Positions 1-11,269 are shown, numbered from the whole stretch's first letter. The stretch is 62,047 nt of DNA, filler included, from Choristocarpus tenellus KU-1152 (GCA_964200185.2; 11 parts of 11 records of this genome joined end to end with filler, not necessarily neighbours in it); one strand, 5' to 3'. A program made the numbers and translations. Notes: a model not told the origin generated them from the sequence alone.

Positions 1-1616
1 GGGCGGCCCATTTATTGCAAACAGGAGAAGATATGGAGGGACCCAACCATCTGGCATTTTCTCTGGAGGGGGGAGAATAGGGGAAACCTGGGGCGGAGGT
101 CTCCCCCCTGATCCAGGAGAGGGACTTCCTGGCTGGACCTTTCTGGGATGGCGCTGGCAGGACTAGAGGTGGGCCCTCCTGATTCAGACTCCACCACTTT
201 AGTCTCAGTCGCCGTTGGACTTTCGACTTCGTCCTCCCCCTCCAACAACGTCGATGATGCTCAGCAATCCTCGATTTCTCCTGTTCCTCCCACAACCGGT
301 GGCACAGCTTCTGGAGACAGTCTGTCTCCTGCTCCCCAGACCACAACTTTCTTCCGGGAACAGGACTGGGAAGCAAGAAAAGTGTTGGATGGGTGCATGT
401 AAAGATGCTCCTCATTGAGCGTTGTGTTTATGGACTTCAGGTATGTAACCTACGAAAGTGAAGTGCAATACAGCATGAATTCAAGCAACATCTACCGTCC
501 TACTCACGTCAGCCAGAGGGAGATGTACACGTTGGTGACATTCTTCTGTGCCTTAGTCAGAAAATATTACGTACTTTACCCATCCATCACTCCTTCCTTC
601 GAATGTCAATCGAACATGAAGCTGGCCACGCCATCAGGAGAAATTAACACCATCAGGTTGTAACCTCCCGAACTCGTCCAGGGGTGATACTCAAATGTGC
701 TGCCAGTTCCTTCATATTCCGTCTTTATCCACGTTGTGTCCGTTTCCATCTTCCGTCTCTGAAAAGATCACAAATTGTTGTCAACAAACAGAGGAAATTG
801 GAGAGCCATATCTTACCACATTCTCACACTCACTCTTCATTTTACCATGATAAAAATATAGGAATGTTTCACCTTGGAAATATTGGTTAAGACAACGACC
901 TCTACAGGGAATCCACGTCATAGGAGCAAAAATATGTCAGAACTTGAAGCCCCTCACGTTTATGGATTTGTATCCTAATCTGAAATATCATTCTTGACAT
1001 CATATATTTGATCATTTCATGAATCTGAGAATAAAATATGATTCTACGTTGGTGTTTCAAATCTTAAGAGTTAGTAGGTTGTTCTTATTTCTTCAATTGT
1101 AACCTATCTCAAAAAGAGTCTGGAACGTTGAAGGAAAAAGACTTCGGTTTTGAATTCTCCTTCAGCTCTTACTCCTTCATTTGATCATTTGTATGACAGA
1201 GAGAGTCAGTCAGTTCAAACACCATTTATTTGTATTTGTAGTCTCTTGTTTGCGAAAAATTTCGTACCTTGAAACATGGGTGGTGGGGTGTATCAGAGAA
1301 ACTATTGTGCCAAGACAAGTTCGTTTTCCGTGTAGATGATGTTGTCCCACACCAATTGACCTAATTCTGGAGGCTAACCAAGTCGAATATTGGGACTGGA
1401 AGTCAATGATGGATGGAGTGGGTGAGTGATAAGCACACTAGTCTTTGAAGTCTTGTAAGTAACAAGAGAAAGTTTCCGGGATAGAGGTGGAAGAGCACTG
1501 GTAGTGGTACTACTCTATATGTTCGGAAAATAGGAATCTCCATATGGGGAATATTCAATCGCTTCTCCTATTTAACGACTTCCTTCTTCGAATGCCGTGA
1601 AGCAGTACCTTCGCAG

Positions 1617-1800
1617 ATGGAAGGACGTGATCTAGACGAGAATGTCTTGGATACCCTCTTCCGTTCCATGGGTGGAACGTCGTGGCGTCACAACCAAGGG
1701 TGGGACAGCACGACTGATGATCTAAGTGTACGACATGGCGTGAAGGTCAACTCGGAAGGACGTGTGGTTGAACTCGATCTTTCTTCTAACAACCTTAAGG
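1617..1800 (+). CDS. Orphan exon encoding an LRR N-terminal cap plus first LRR (brown-algal LRR-ROCO/LRR-protein type); possibly a pseudogene fragment
   Basis: CAG acceptor at 1614-1616, phase-1 donor G|GTAAG at 1800/1801. Translation (D..VL..LFRSMGG..W....GWD...DLS.RHGV.VN.EGRVVELDLSSNNLKG) matches the LRR N-cap typical of brown-algal LRR genes. The usually conserved W of WHGV is R, and no further LRR exons were seen in this block. Confidence 0.75.
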
Positions 1801-2887
1801 GTAAGTGCATGAGCTGACAACTTTTAAATATCGGAGTTACTGTAAGCTGTGCTTTGCAATTGGCTCTTCCAGGATGAAGAGTACACAACACATTTCTCCG
1901 CCACTCTCATCTTCCTTGTGCTAACATCTGAGAAAAAAGGGAGTAGACGTTCTCGATGGTCGTGTCTTTGTCTGGACCGGATCATACCTGCCATACAACT
2001 CCTTCTCATGGGATAGGAGTTACACCCGTTTTTTAATGTCGTCCTCTTGGTGATGATGATAGGTTTACGGGTTATGTATGAGATAGTGAACAAGTTGTGT
2101 GTGTGTTGAGTGGTCATGGCAAATGTGACACAAAATGTAGTACATGGTAGATTCTCTAGTGTGGGCCGACACGTCCATGGTGGTTAGGTGCCGATATTTC
2201 GTCCATCCTCGATCTTCTTTCCTCTCATTACTCTTTCCGCTAGTGTCTCAGTTTCTACTTTGTGGGTGGTCCGGAGCTCTTCTTAGCTGGCAAAGGTGTG
2301 GGTGGTAGATCCCAGGTTTTTTTATATGAGGCAGGATAATAATAAGGGTGTGCGCAAAAATCACTTGGTGTTTGTGCGGAAGGTCTGTTGTTATTCATGA
2401 AATATGTGCTATGAAGTGATATCATGTAGTATGCTTACTGATAGATGTATAGTGCATGCCGGTATGGTATGTTCTCAATATATTGTAAATGTTACACTGT
2501 GACTAGCTTTTGAAACCGCTTTTACTAGTATTTCCTCACTACCGAAGATTGACATGGTAACTGCGATCGATGCTATTGAAGACACTGACTGGTAGGTGTC
2601 AGTGCCCTCGACTTTCAATATACTTGTATGGTACTTTGTTTTGGGTAGTTTGTGCAGTTGGTGAAGCACGGTCCAACAACTTCCCTATTGTTTGCATCAA
2701 AATATCTTCTCGACACACGAATGTGTATGATAATGATAGGTTCTAAAACCTGCTCTAGCACAGTCTCGCTAACACGATACGGTCATTGCACATAGACATC
2801 TTTGTAGCATGTAATGATTTAACATTGTATGCCCTTCTGGTATTGCACTCTACCTTCCATAGTCTAATCAATCTATTGAACGAATAC

Positions 2888-3029
2888 TGTGCAAGATAGG
2901 CTAGGTAGTCTATGGGGTGTTACGTGTTTAGTGACCAGCACTAAACAACAGCCTATGCAATAGAGAGTTACTCTAATATAGTTTTTTGCTTTATGTGGTG
3001 TGGATATGTTTATTAGCGAAGTGAGCACA
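2888..3029 (+). repeat. LTR-like copy A (inverted relative to B and C)
   Basis: TGTGC...GCACA termini. The first 64 nt match the reverse complement of 5696-5759 at about 56/64 (hand alignment). Confidence 0.8.
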
Positions 3030-3220
3030 TCCCTCAAGATCGGGGGGTGCTCTGCGTTGTTATCTATTGCCTTGGTGCTTTATGTATTGCCCTCGGTGCT
3101 CTCTCTTAGTATCTATTGCGTACGTCAGTAAACATGTCAGAAATATGCTTGTACAGTTACACTGCGTCAGCCACTTACATTAAATAATGCCAGCAAGTTT
3201 GCTGCACGCTCATGGGGGAG

Positions 3221-3410
3221 TGTGCTTATATTAAGCAGAAATAAAACACAACCTATCGAAACTCGAAACCATCCAGACTTGAACCTGTTACTCTAAACAT
3301 ATGGAAACAAGTCCTTGACAATTACTCTACTCAGTCAAGACTTCTGTTGTTTAATTCTGGTCACTAAACACGTAACCTTGCACAGTATACTGCCTAGCCT
3401 ATATTGCACA
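3221..3410 (-). repeat. LTR copy B (3' LTR of the Copia pol)
   Basis: TGTGC...GCACA termini, preceded by a PPT on the minus strand, homologous to 5598-5759. Confidence 0.85.
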
Positions 3411-5597
3411 CTCCCCCATGATGGTGCAGCAAAGTTGCTGACAAAAGCTCACTCTCGATGCCAAAGCACAGAATGCACAAAATCAGAGATAATTTTTTTG
3501 CGTAAAGATTTGGATAACATGTTAGTCATTTGCTTGTGTGTTGAAATATATTCAATGTGAAGTATTCCTTGATGTACATACTCCCTTGTACACTATAACT
3601 TCATGTCCACATGCTTGGTCCTGCCATTGAATCCTGTGATGGTTTCCGCTTGAATGGTGCCATGGTTGTCACGAAACCGGAGAGTCTGGCCCTGTAGTAC
3701 ACCAATCTCCCCCAGCATGCCTCAGATGAAATTGCAGTGGCGCATGCCACATGTCATTGCCGTCCACTCTGCCTCTGAGCTGGAAGGGGTGACTGCGCCG
3801 TGAAGCCTAGAGTGCCAGGGGATCGGTGATCTGTTGAACAGGATTATGTACCCTGTAACACTTCCACGTGTTTGTTGGTCAGTGCCCCTGTCAGAATCTC
3901 TGTACCCTACCAGGAGTTCTTCATCCCTCTCGTTCATATCTTTGTCCCCTCGATCATAGTGGATGCAGACATCATGTCTCCGTACTACGTAGAGCAGAAA
4001 CGTGTTGCAGTCCGCGTCAGTGCCGCATGCATGGAGATGTCGCCCTGCGTCCCAGTTCACGAACGCTGTTAGCTAGATGCGGTTGAGTCATGCCTGCGAG
4101 AAACGTGGGTTGTGTTAGGATACTGGCATAGAGGTATATGGTAGGATTTAGTTCCTCTTCGTGGTTTTGTCTGGCAGAGAGGTCCATCCCAGGGTGTAGT
4201 GGTGTAGATGTCTCTCGTACTTCTGTGGAGCCCATCCCGGCCGTGACAATGCTTTTAGCATACATCTGTTGGCCCAGGGTGATGCCATCCTACCCCACAG
4301 TGATGCCCATCCCAATTAACTTGTCTGGCGTACCTAGGTCTCGCCCCTCGTATTTCTCCAGCAGGGATGCCCTTATCCTCTGGATCTCCTCTGTGAAATC
4401 CCCAGTGGTGACAGTGTCATCCACGTAGGTAATTACGATGGCAATGCGTCCATCTTCACTCTTCTTGAAGTAGAGATATTATCGTGTTGACTTCTTGTCC
4501 CTCCTTCTGAGAGAATTGTGCCCCTTAATTCATGAAACCATTCTATGGCTGACTGCTTGAGCCCATAGATTGCTTTCTCTCCCTTGACGACGCGGCCGTC
4601 TGGAAGCTTCAGCCAGATGTTCTCCTGCAGATCTGCGTTGATGTAGGCCTGTGTGAAATCTAGGGCGTGTATGCTTCAACCTTTGTACGCTGTGACCGAT
4701 ATGACGCATCTTAGTGTGTTGTATCCCACTACTGGGCTGAAGGTTTCAAAGAAATCAACTTCAGAATTTTGTTTAAACCCTTGTGCCACGAGTCTTGCCT
4801 TGTATTGTTACACTGCCCTGGCTGCCGAACGCTTGATCTTGAAGATAAATGGTGTTTTGATTGCATTCCGTCCTTGGGGTAAGGCTTTGTCACTAAACGG
4901 CCACTTCTGCCATAACCCTTCCATTTCCTTTTCCATGGCCTCCTGCCGCTGATCTGCATCTGGCCCACCCAAGGCCTCCTCTGTAGTAGTTGATTCTTCT
5001 GCACCTGTTCCCACTTCTCCAATGATAGCACGACAACAATGACGCATACTGCATATGGCTGTGTAAGGGTTGATATGGAGTGGTCCATGTCTGTTTCTGC
5101 ATCTTCTTCTTCCTGGTTACACAGAGAGGTGTAGGCTACCCGCTGGCATTGTTTCAGCGTGGTAGATTTCCACCGCTCAGAGTGTGGGGCCAAGTGCTTG
5201 CTTGCCATCTGTGCAACCCATCCATGCGCTGGCGTTATCCCATCCTGGGAATTTCTTGACTTTGGGGGAATTCTGTGCGCTTTACACCTTGAGCCCCACG
5301 CCCAATATTTAGGCTCTCACCCTCACTCATGTCTGCCTCACTCCCTTTTGTGGAAGCCTCTTCTTCATTATGTTTATCCATATCCATGTCTTCAACAAAC
5401 TATGACTCCCCAAGTATGTCCAGCTCTGGCTCCGCCACTATCTTCCGCAGTTTGTTTTCAGGCTGGAAAGTCACCTGTGCTGAGGTCACCAGCTTGTCTT
5501 CCTGCAGGATCCATACATGCCAGCATCGTAACATCCTGTCGTGTCCTAGAAGTATCCCCCTCTTTGCATGTACGTAGAACTTTGTGAAGGGGAATCG
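3411..5597 (-). pseudogene. pol: Decayed Copia pol (integrase C-terminal tail, reverse transcriptase, RNase H); gag, protease and integrase core are missing
   Basis: Fragmented motifs on the minus strand: GILLGHD..WHVW..LVTSAQVTF (IN C-terminal); YKTRLVAQGFKQ, LDFTQAYINADL, KAIYGLKQS, TYVDD (RT); GYRDSD..TRGSVTGY, SSSEAEW, TKHVDMK (RNase H). Many stops and frameshifts. PPT GGGGGAG abuts the LTR at 3410. Confidence 0.93.
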
Positions 5598-5759
5598 TGT
5601 GAGGCTCATAAGAAATTAATTTATCCAGACTCGTACCTGTTGCTCTAAAAATAGAGGAACAAGTCGTTGACAATTATTCTACTCAGTCAACCCTTCTGTT
5701 GTTTAGTGCTGGTCACTAAACAGATAATGTCCTATAAACTACCTAGCCTATATTGCACA
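5598..5759 (-). repeat. LTR copy C (5' LTR position of the Copia pol)
   Basis: Diverged direct repeat of 3221-3410. Starts TGTGCAATATAGGCTAGG on the minus strand; inner boundary approximate. Confidence 0.8.
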
Positions 5760-5923
5760 AATACTATGCCCTTGAAATATAGAAGGACCTTGTGTTTGTC
5801 CTTTAGGCATCCGTATGACAGTGGAAGTGTGTATAACCAAGTACCATACAGAGTGAGGTTGGGAGTATCAGCAACTGGGAAATAATCTGTGTTGATAAGA
5901 ATAATTTATCCAGTGTGTGTTTT

Positions 5924-6023
5924 NNNNNNNNNNNNNNNNNNNNNNNNNNNNNNNNNNNNNNNNNNNNTTAATTAATTAANNNNNNNNNNNNNNNNNNNNN
6001 NNNNNNNNNNNNNNNNNNNNNNN
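5924..6023. other. Artificial gap/contig linker (first of ten)
   Basis: N44-TTAATTAATTAA-N44 (stops in all six frames). Identical linkers at 8702-8801, 11617-11716, 14324-14423, 17719-17818, 20910-21009, 31690-31789, 34678-34777, 53222-53321 and 56720-56819. Confidence 0.99.
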
Positions 6024-6984
6024 GAAGTGGGGGGGGGGGAGTGGCCTATTCGCCACATCATAGTGGGTTGGTGCGGTAGGAGACTATTGTGCAGAATTAC
6101 ATTTTGTACATGCTCAGAGTGAAACCTCTCTAAAGAGGTTCAAGATCTTTTGAAGCTTGTGCAAGATACTCGGTGCCAATGTCTGAAATGCATTTAACCC
6201 CTGTTAAGATTTGCTAGAAAAGTAGTATTGAATACAATGTTAGCCGAAAGTGCCCTCTCCCATGCTCAAAATATACATGCCACGAGGCAAGCATAGGTGT
6301 CCTCACAACCCAGTGACACCCCCATATTAGATGATATTGCAGTCAGTTCCTCTCATAGGACTTTGAATAGGTTGATCCGGTGTTAGCTTGTACTCCTATA
6401 GATCAGTACAGTGCAAGCGCCTCCCGTAGATGAGTCAAATAAAAAAAACATGAAAGAGGATTGAACAATGCAGTATCGCAACATTTATGTTTTGTTAGTA
6501 CTCTAGTATGTACTCAGCATCTTGGTATCCTCCTTAACCTTTTATTAATTGTGCCTTATCTTGTCTATGCCATCCACATCATCGCCATCGCCATCCTACA
6601 AGAAGCACTTCTCTTCAAGGGTCAACATCTAGATCCCTCCCCTTGGCTCACTGACCCTAACCCTGACAAGGAAGGGGCTACCAGAGAAGTCTACTGTGGA
6701 CTGAGGGAGGGTAAAAACCTTGAAGAAAATTTCCTGGGTTTTTTTCCTCTTGGGGTAGAGAGATGTTCAGCATCAGTACCGACCTCCCCACTGCATGAAA
6801 AAGATTACCCACAATATATTTTGCATTATAGTCACTACTTCTGTAACAAACAATGTACATACCAACACCTATTTGGTACCCCTTTGATCTGATAGATAAA
6901 ATTGGGCATTATGTTATGGGGAGTCAGACTTGAACACCCCTACCTGGTAAGCAAGATGCACTCAGACGATAAAATTCAGAACCT

Positions 6985-7240
6985 GGGTCAAAACATTTAA
7001 GAGGGTAGGAGTATTGCTCTGTTTGTCGGTTCGGGGAATGGCTTCCCACAGGTTTTGTGCCCTTTTCGGTTTTCTGTGTGAACACAGTTACCTAAATTGT
7101 ATACGACTATGAAAGGTGTGTCTGGAGGAAGGATATTGAACACTTGCTAACAAACATGATAGCCAATATTCATCAAAATTGCAACATTAGATTTATGACC
7201 CCAAATGGAGGCAGCCCTGCCCTTTTAAATGCTTTGAGTT
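6985..7240 (+). mobile_element. MITE family 1, diverged copy
   Basis: Body homologous to the other ~258-bp copies. Degenerate TIRs. TSD ACCT at 6981-6984 and 7241-7244. Confidence 0.8.
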
Positions 7241-8104
7241 ACCTATCAACTACATCATTGGGGCCTCAGAATAGATGAGACTGGGTAGAGGATAGGTATT
7301 CTCCAGAGTACTGCAGAGTACTATGGCAACCTCCCCATAGGACTGGAGTCCAGGGGTCTTGAAAGGAGGGTCAATATCAGCAGGATGCGAAAGGCTTTGT
7401 TAGATCCCTATTGGAGATTGGGTCGGGACAACTTCCTTTTTGATGTTGGGGGGGTAGTACAGATATAGTGTGGAGATCACAGTGGCATAGGTGGAATACA
7501 ACCAGCATTAGCTTGAGAGTAGGCTCCCAATTTTGTGAAGGAAGGGACGGACAATGACCGACTCAACCCAAGGTTCCAGAAGAAAGGCATGTATGCACAG
7601 TGACGGTGCATGTGATTGTGGTGCAGCGAGTTAGAGCAGGTATGATGCCTCTGACCACGGCTCAGGCTACTCCAGGCTAAAGGGATTGGGGATGTTGAAC
7701 TTGACAGCACTTGGAACCGATTGGTCCTGAGAATGTGGAGGGTGCATGAAGACTTGACGGATGCGATCTGTCCATACCTTCGACTTGTCGGTCATGCATG
7801 AACGCCTCAGAATATTTGCGAACAAGTTTGTGATCATTCTAGCCCACCACGCTTGCGCATCTTCCCCCACAGGATGGAGTATAGGGTGTGCTGTGCACAC
7901 TGATCATGTCACCAGCACATGCAAAAAGCTAAATTCCAAACTCTCTGAAAATTAATATATATATATACCCCCCCTCCCCTCCTTCACCAACAGTCCACCC
8001 CTGTTATCCTTCTGATTTTTGAGTTCCTTACTACAGACCACTGACCACTTTCCCCCTGAGCAAACCTCGCCACCCCAGCTATTGTAGACACCACACCTCC
8101 TTAC

Positions 8105-8275
8105 CTGAGCCAATGTAGCACAAATTCCTTGCCCAGAGCAATCGTTGGGGCAATCTAGTCGCTGACAGGCAGATCCAGTGTACCCAGAGGGGCAATCACA
8201 AGTGCCCTTGTCTCGTTCACAGGTGCCAATGTTGGAGCATTCCATGCTTGCATGGGCAGAGTTTTCCTTGTACGC
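8105..8275 (-). CDS. Exon of a tubular mastigoneme-type (Sig1/Ocm-like) EGF-repeat protein
   Basis: 171-nt phase 0-0 exon with AG acceptor and CAG|GTAA donor. It encodes AYKENSAHASMECSNIGTCERDKGTCDCPSGYTGSACQRLDCPNDCSGQGICATLAQ, the H..ECSN.G.C.R..G.C.C..G..G.ACQR..CPNDCSG.G.C pattern of stramenopile mastigoneme proteins. Other exons were not found. Confidence 0.75.
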
Positions 8276-8668
8276 CTTGAGAGTATGCATTGTGTGTTTG
8301 TGTGTTCGTGTGTGTGTTGAGCATTTTATGACAGGGATATTTTCCTTTTAAATGTGAACAGAATACTCCTGGCAACAGTTCTATTGATGTCTTTGTCATG
8401 CAGGTTGTAATCCACGATTAACACAAGTGCATGCATACCACTGCGGTCTTATGACCACAGGAACATATCAAGGAATACCTACCAAAACATGATTCTGTGA
8501 GTGGCGCTTACATAGCAACTCTTCTATCAACCCTGACAGCTTTGTGGGAAGCACTTCAAGAACGGATTTTACTTTTGAAGATGTCGTTTTTCTAGGGCAT
8601 TAACTCAATATGGAAAAATGTCAAAAGTGCAGAAAAAAAGATGTAGCAATTGAATCATACGTAATGGT

Positions 8669-8701
8669 GCTCAAAAGTATCTGGGGGGGGGGGGGGGCGG
8701 C
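8669..8701. mobile_element. MITE family 2 terminus, truncated by gap
   Basis: CAAAAGTATCTGGGGG... TIR running into the linker. Confidence 0.65.
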
Positions 8702-8830
8702 NNNNNNNNNNNNNNNNNNNNNNNNNNNNNNNNNNNNNNNNNNNNTTAATTAATTAANNNNNNNNNNNNNNNNNNNNNNNNNNNNNNNNNNNNNNNNNNN
8801 NCGAAATCAGGAAAGGTGCATTGACATTAT

Positions 8831-9088
8831 GAGTGAAAGTATCTTAGAGGGTACGAGTTTTGCCCTGTTTGTCCATTTGAAGCTTGGCTTTCCATGGAGT
8901 TTTTGTTACATTTTCCTATTCCAAAGTGTTTAGGAGCAGATAAAATGTGTACGTTATGAAAAGGTGTGTCCGAAACATAGATCTTGACACTTCCTAACAA
9001 ACGCGATAGCCAAAATTACATCAAAATCGCATCATTGGATTTTGACCCCAAAATGGACGCGGCTCTACCCTCTAAGATACTTTGTCTC
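8831..9088 (+). mobile_element. MITE family 1
   Basis: TIRs GAGTGAAAGTATCTTAGAGGGTA / TACCCTCTAAGATACTTTGTCTC. TSD not preserved. Confidence 0.9.
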
Positions 9089-9961
9089 AGTAGAAGATAC
9101 GGTGTAAACTACCAGCATGTTGGACAGGAGTGTTGAGTCACAGATTGGTTAGGGGAATTGGAAGTACTGTTGGTGTCATGTACGAGGTACTTTGACTGGA
9201 GGTCCAGAAGTGTCTTGGGAGAAAGAAGAGGAGTATTTATTTTGTTGTCTGTGGCACGGTTGATAGCCAAGTACTGGAATGGTTAGCCTAGTACAAGTTA
9301 GAGAGGGAACAGTAAAAGAAGTACTTCAAATGGAAATTTCTTGCAGCCAAGTGCACTGTTGCATGTATGGCAGGGCGTACGCTCTCAAAGTCAATTGCGT
9401 ACATTCTAATTACCCTGGAGGCAACTGACGTGGTAGGAAACAAAAAAACACAGCTAAGGGTGTTGGGGTGTGATACAAGTTGGAAGGAAAGGGTTTGTTG
9501 TTGGGATAGATCAAGTAGTTTTCACATGAAGTGTTGATGGTGGCGTAATCTCTTGCTATATGTTATGTCCTTATAATCCATCGTTTGGCCTTGACCCCTT
9601 CCTTGTGCAGTGTGACAACGGGATCAGGACAGTGAGCAGGATATGGTGTGTGCAGCAGAAGCAACGGAAGTAGTGCAGTATTTGTATGTTGCTCTATTTT
9701 GGAGCTCCATACATGTATTGAACAGATGCTTCCTTACTAGTACCAAGTATTATAATGTATAAAATTGTCATCATCAGCGGGATGGGCGACAGAGCCCCTG
9801 ATTTGCTTGAAATTTTCTGCGTGGTGCGAATAGACTCCAAATGTGGTGAAGGGCCCGACTGGATGCAAAATATTTCAGACCATTTCACTGGGTGGGTGAA
9901 TGAAAATAGTGTCATCTGCGGGCTGGACCGGTCCCACGATTATTATATAAATTGTCCTGCT

Positions 9962-10252
9962 CCATGTCCACTAGGTACCGTACCAGTCCATGTCGGCTCG
10001 CCGGATCAGGTCTGGCATTGTCGGGCGTGTACGGACCATACTCACTAGGAATTGTACTGATCCGTGTCCACCAGCCGGACAGGGTATAAATTATCTATCA
10101 TATGCGGACCATGCCCTCTCGGTATTATACCGTTCCATGTCCGTAAGCGACAGGGTCTAAATTACCTAACATGTCCGATCAATGTCCACTAGGCATTGTA
10201 CTGGTTAATGTCCGACAAGCTGACAAGGTCTAGCATTCTCTAACACGTTCGG
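9962..10252. repeat. Degenerate tandem repeat, four units of ~71-74 bp
   Basis: Units start at about 9962, 10036, 10109 and 10180 (CCATGTCCACTAGG...GTAC...CCATGTC...CAGGGTCTA...). A MITE interrupts the array at 10253. Confidence 0.7.
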
Positions 10253-10477
10253 GGGTCAAAGTATCTTGGGGGAGGGGATGCCGGCGTCCGTTTTTGACCC
10301 TGGCTCAAAGTATCTGGGAGGGGTGGCGGCTGTCCATTCGGGGCCAATTATTTCATGTTGCGATTCTTGGGTGATTTGGTTCCATACGTTGGATGGATAA
10401 TGGAAGTGCACTTTTCCTGGTTTTGGTCCAAATGAACAATCTGGTGTAGACCCCCCCCCCTCCAGATACTTTGGGTC
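10253..10477. mobile_element. MITE family 2 with an extra outer TIR (composite)
   Basis: Outer end GGGTCAAAGTATCTT at 10253, inner TIR GGCTCAAAGTATCTGGGAGGGG at 10302, right TIR CCAGATACTTTGGGTC ending at 10477. TSD TCGG at 10249-10252 and 10478-10481. Confidence 0.85.
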
Positions 10478-11269
10478 TCGGACCACGTCGGATTGATGGT
10501 CCAACAGTTTCTGACATGTTGGGCCATGTCCAATACGTGTTATATTGGTCCAGTCCAAGGGCCAGACACAGACGCAGATTCTGGGAAAACTCTGAAGCAT
10601 CCACATTTCAACAGGCAGTCTGAAGCCACACACAGTGAAATGTTTAGTGAGTTGCGGGTATTGACACCCTCTGACGAAAATGTAGTTCTTCCATGGCCTT
10701 GGGAATGGAGTTTTCGAGGACTTCGCGGTCGGAATCATAGATCAGTGTAGGTTGTCCCATTTTGTTTGAGATTTTGGTGGGCAACCTTTTTAGTGTCTGC
10801 ACAACACATCCAAATGATGAATATGTCAAAACAAACCTTGCTTCTTCATCGGGGCTTCAAAATATATGATACATTTAATTCCAAATGGAGGAAGTGCTGT
10901 GTTGTATAGCGGTCGAAGGTGTTCTTGTATCACTAACTGTCCTCTTACCTTGAAAAGCTTGATAGTACCGTTATGCTGTACAGGTATGAGATGAATAGTG
11001 ATGACAACCAAACCATTGTTGTTTTACACACCATACATTTTTCTACGCTAATGTAGCGGAGAAGTTTATGCCGAAAAGGTTGTCGACACTCTATCGTGTT
11101 GTAATCTTGTTTGTCATTTTTTCGTGCCCAAGACATCAGCATATACCTCATTTGATAACACTTTAATCCTATAGTCCCGATGAGTGTTGGACATGTCTAA
11201 GGCGTAGACTGATGAACACTCATTACGTCAAACGACCAAGTGGGAGTTGACACGAGGTAACATATTACC

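Larger units (their letters stand above)
2888..5759. mobile_element. Composite Ty1/Copia-derived element with three LTR-like copies, inverted outer LTRs and a 5-bp TSD
   Basis: Ends TGTGCAA (2888) and TTGCACA (5759). AATAC at 2883-2887 and 5760-5764. LTR-like copies at 2888-3029 (+), 3221-3410 (-) and ~5598-5759 (-). Confidence 0.8.

Noticed and set aside
1-402. Ser/Pro-rich ORF at the window start
   Set aside because: Low complexity, interrupted frames and no recognisable domain; cannot be linked to the LRR exon.
2888-5759. DIRS-type retrotransposon (inverted terminal repeats plus internal copy)
   Set aside because: The RT and RNase H motifs and the integrase tail are Copia-type, no tyrosine recombinase is visible, and a 5-bp TSD with TG..CA ends points to a DDE integrase.
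5968-5979. Recurrent TTAATTAATTAA palindrome between N runs
   Set aside because: Identical artificial linker in all ten gaps. Not biological, and adjacency across these gaps (e.g. missing 3' exons of ATP1 and GAS8) cannot be trusted.
9962-10252. ~72-bp period suggestive of an LRR exon array or a CRISPR-like array
   Set aside because: Unit lengths vary (71-74), there is no LRR reading frame or splice sites, and no constant repeat/unique spacer structure.
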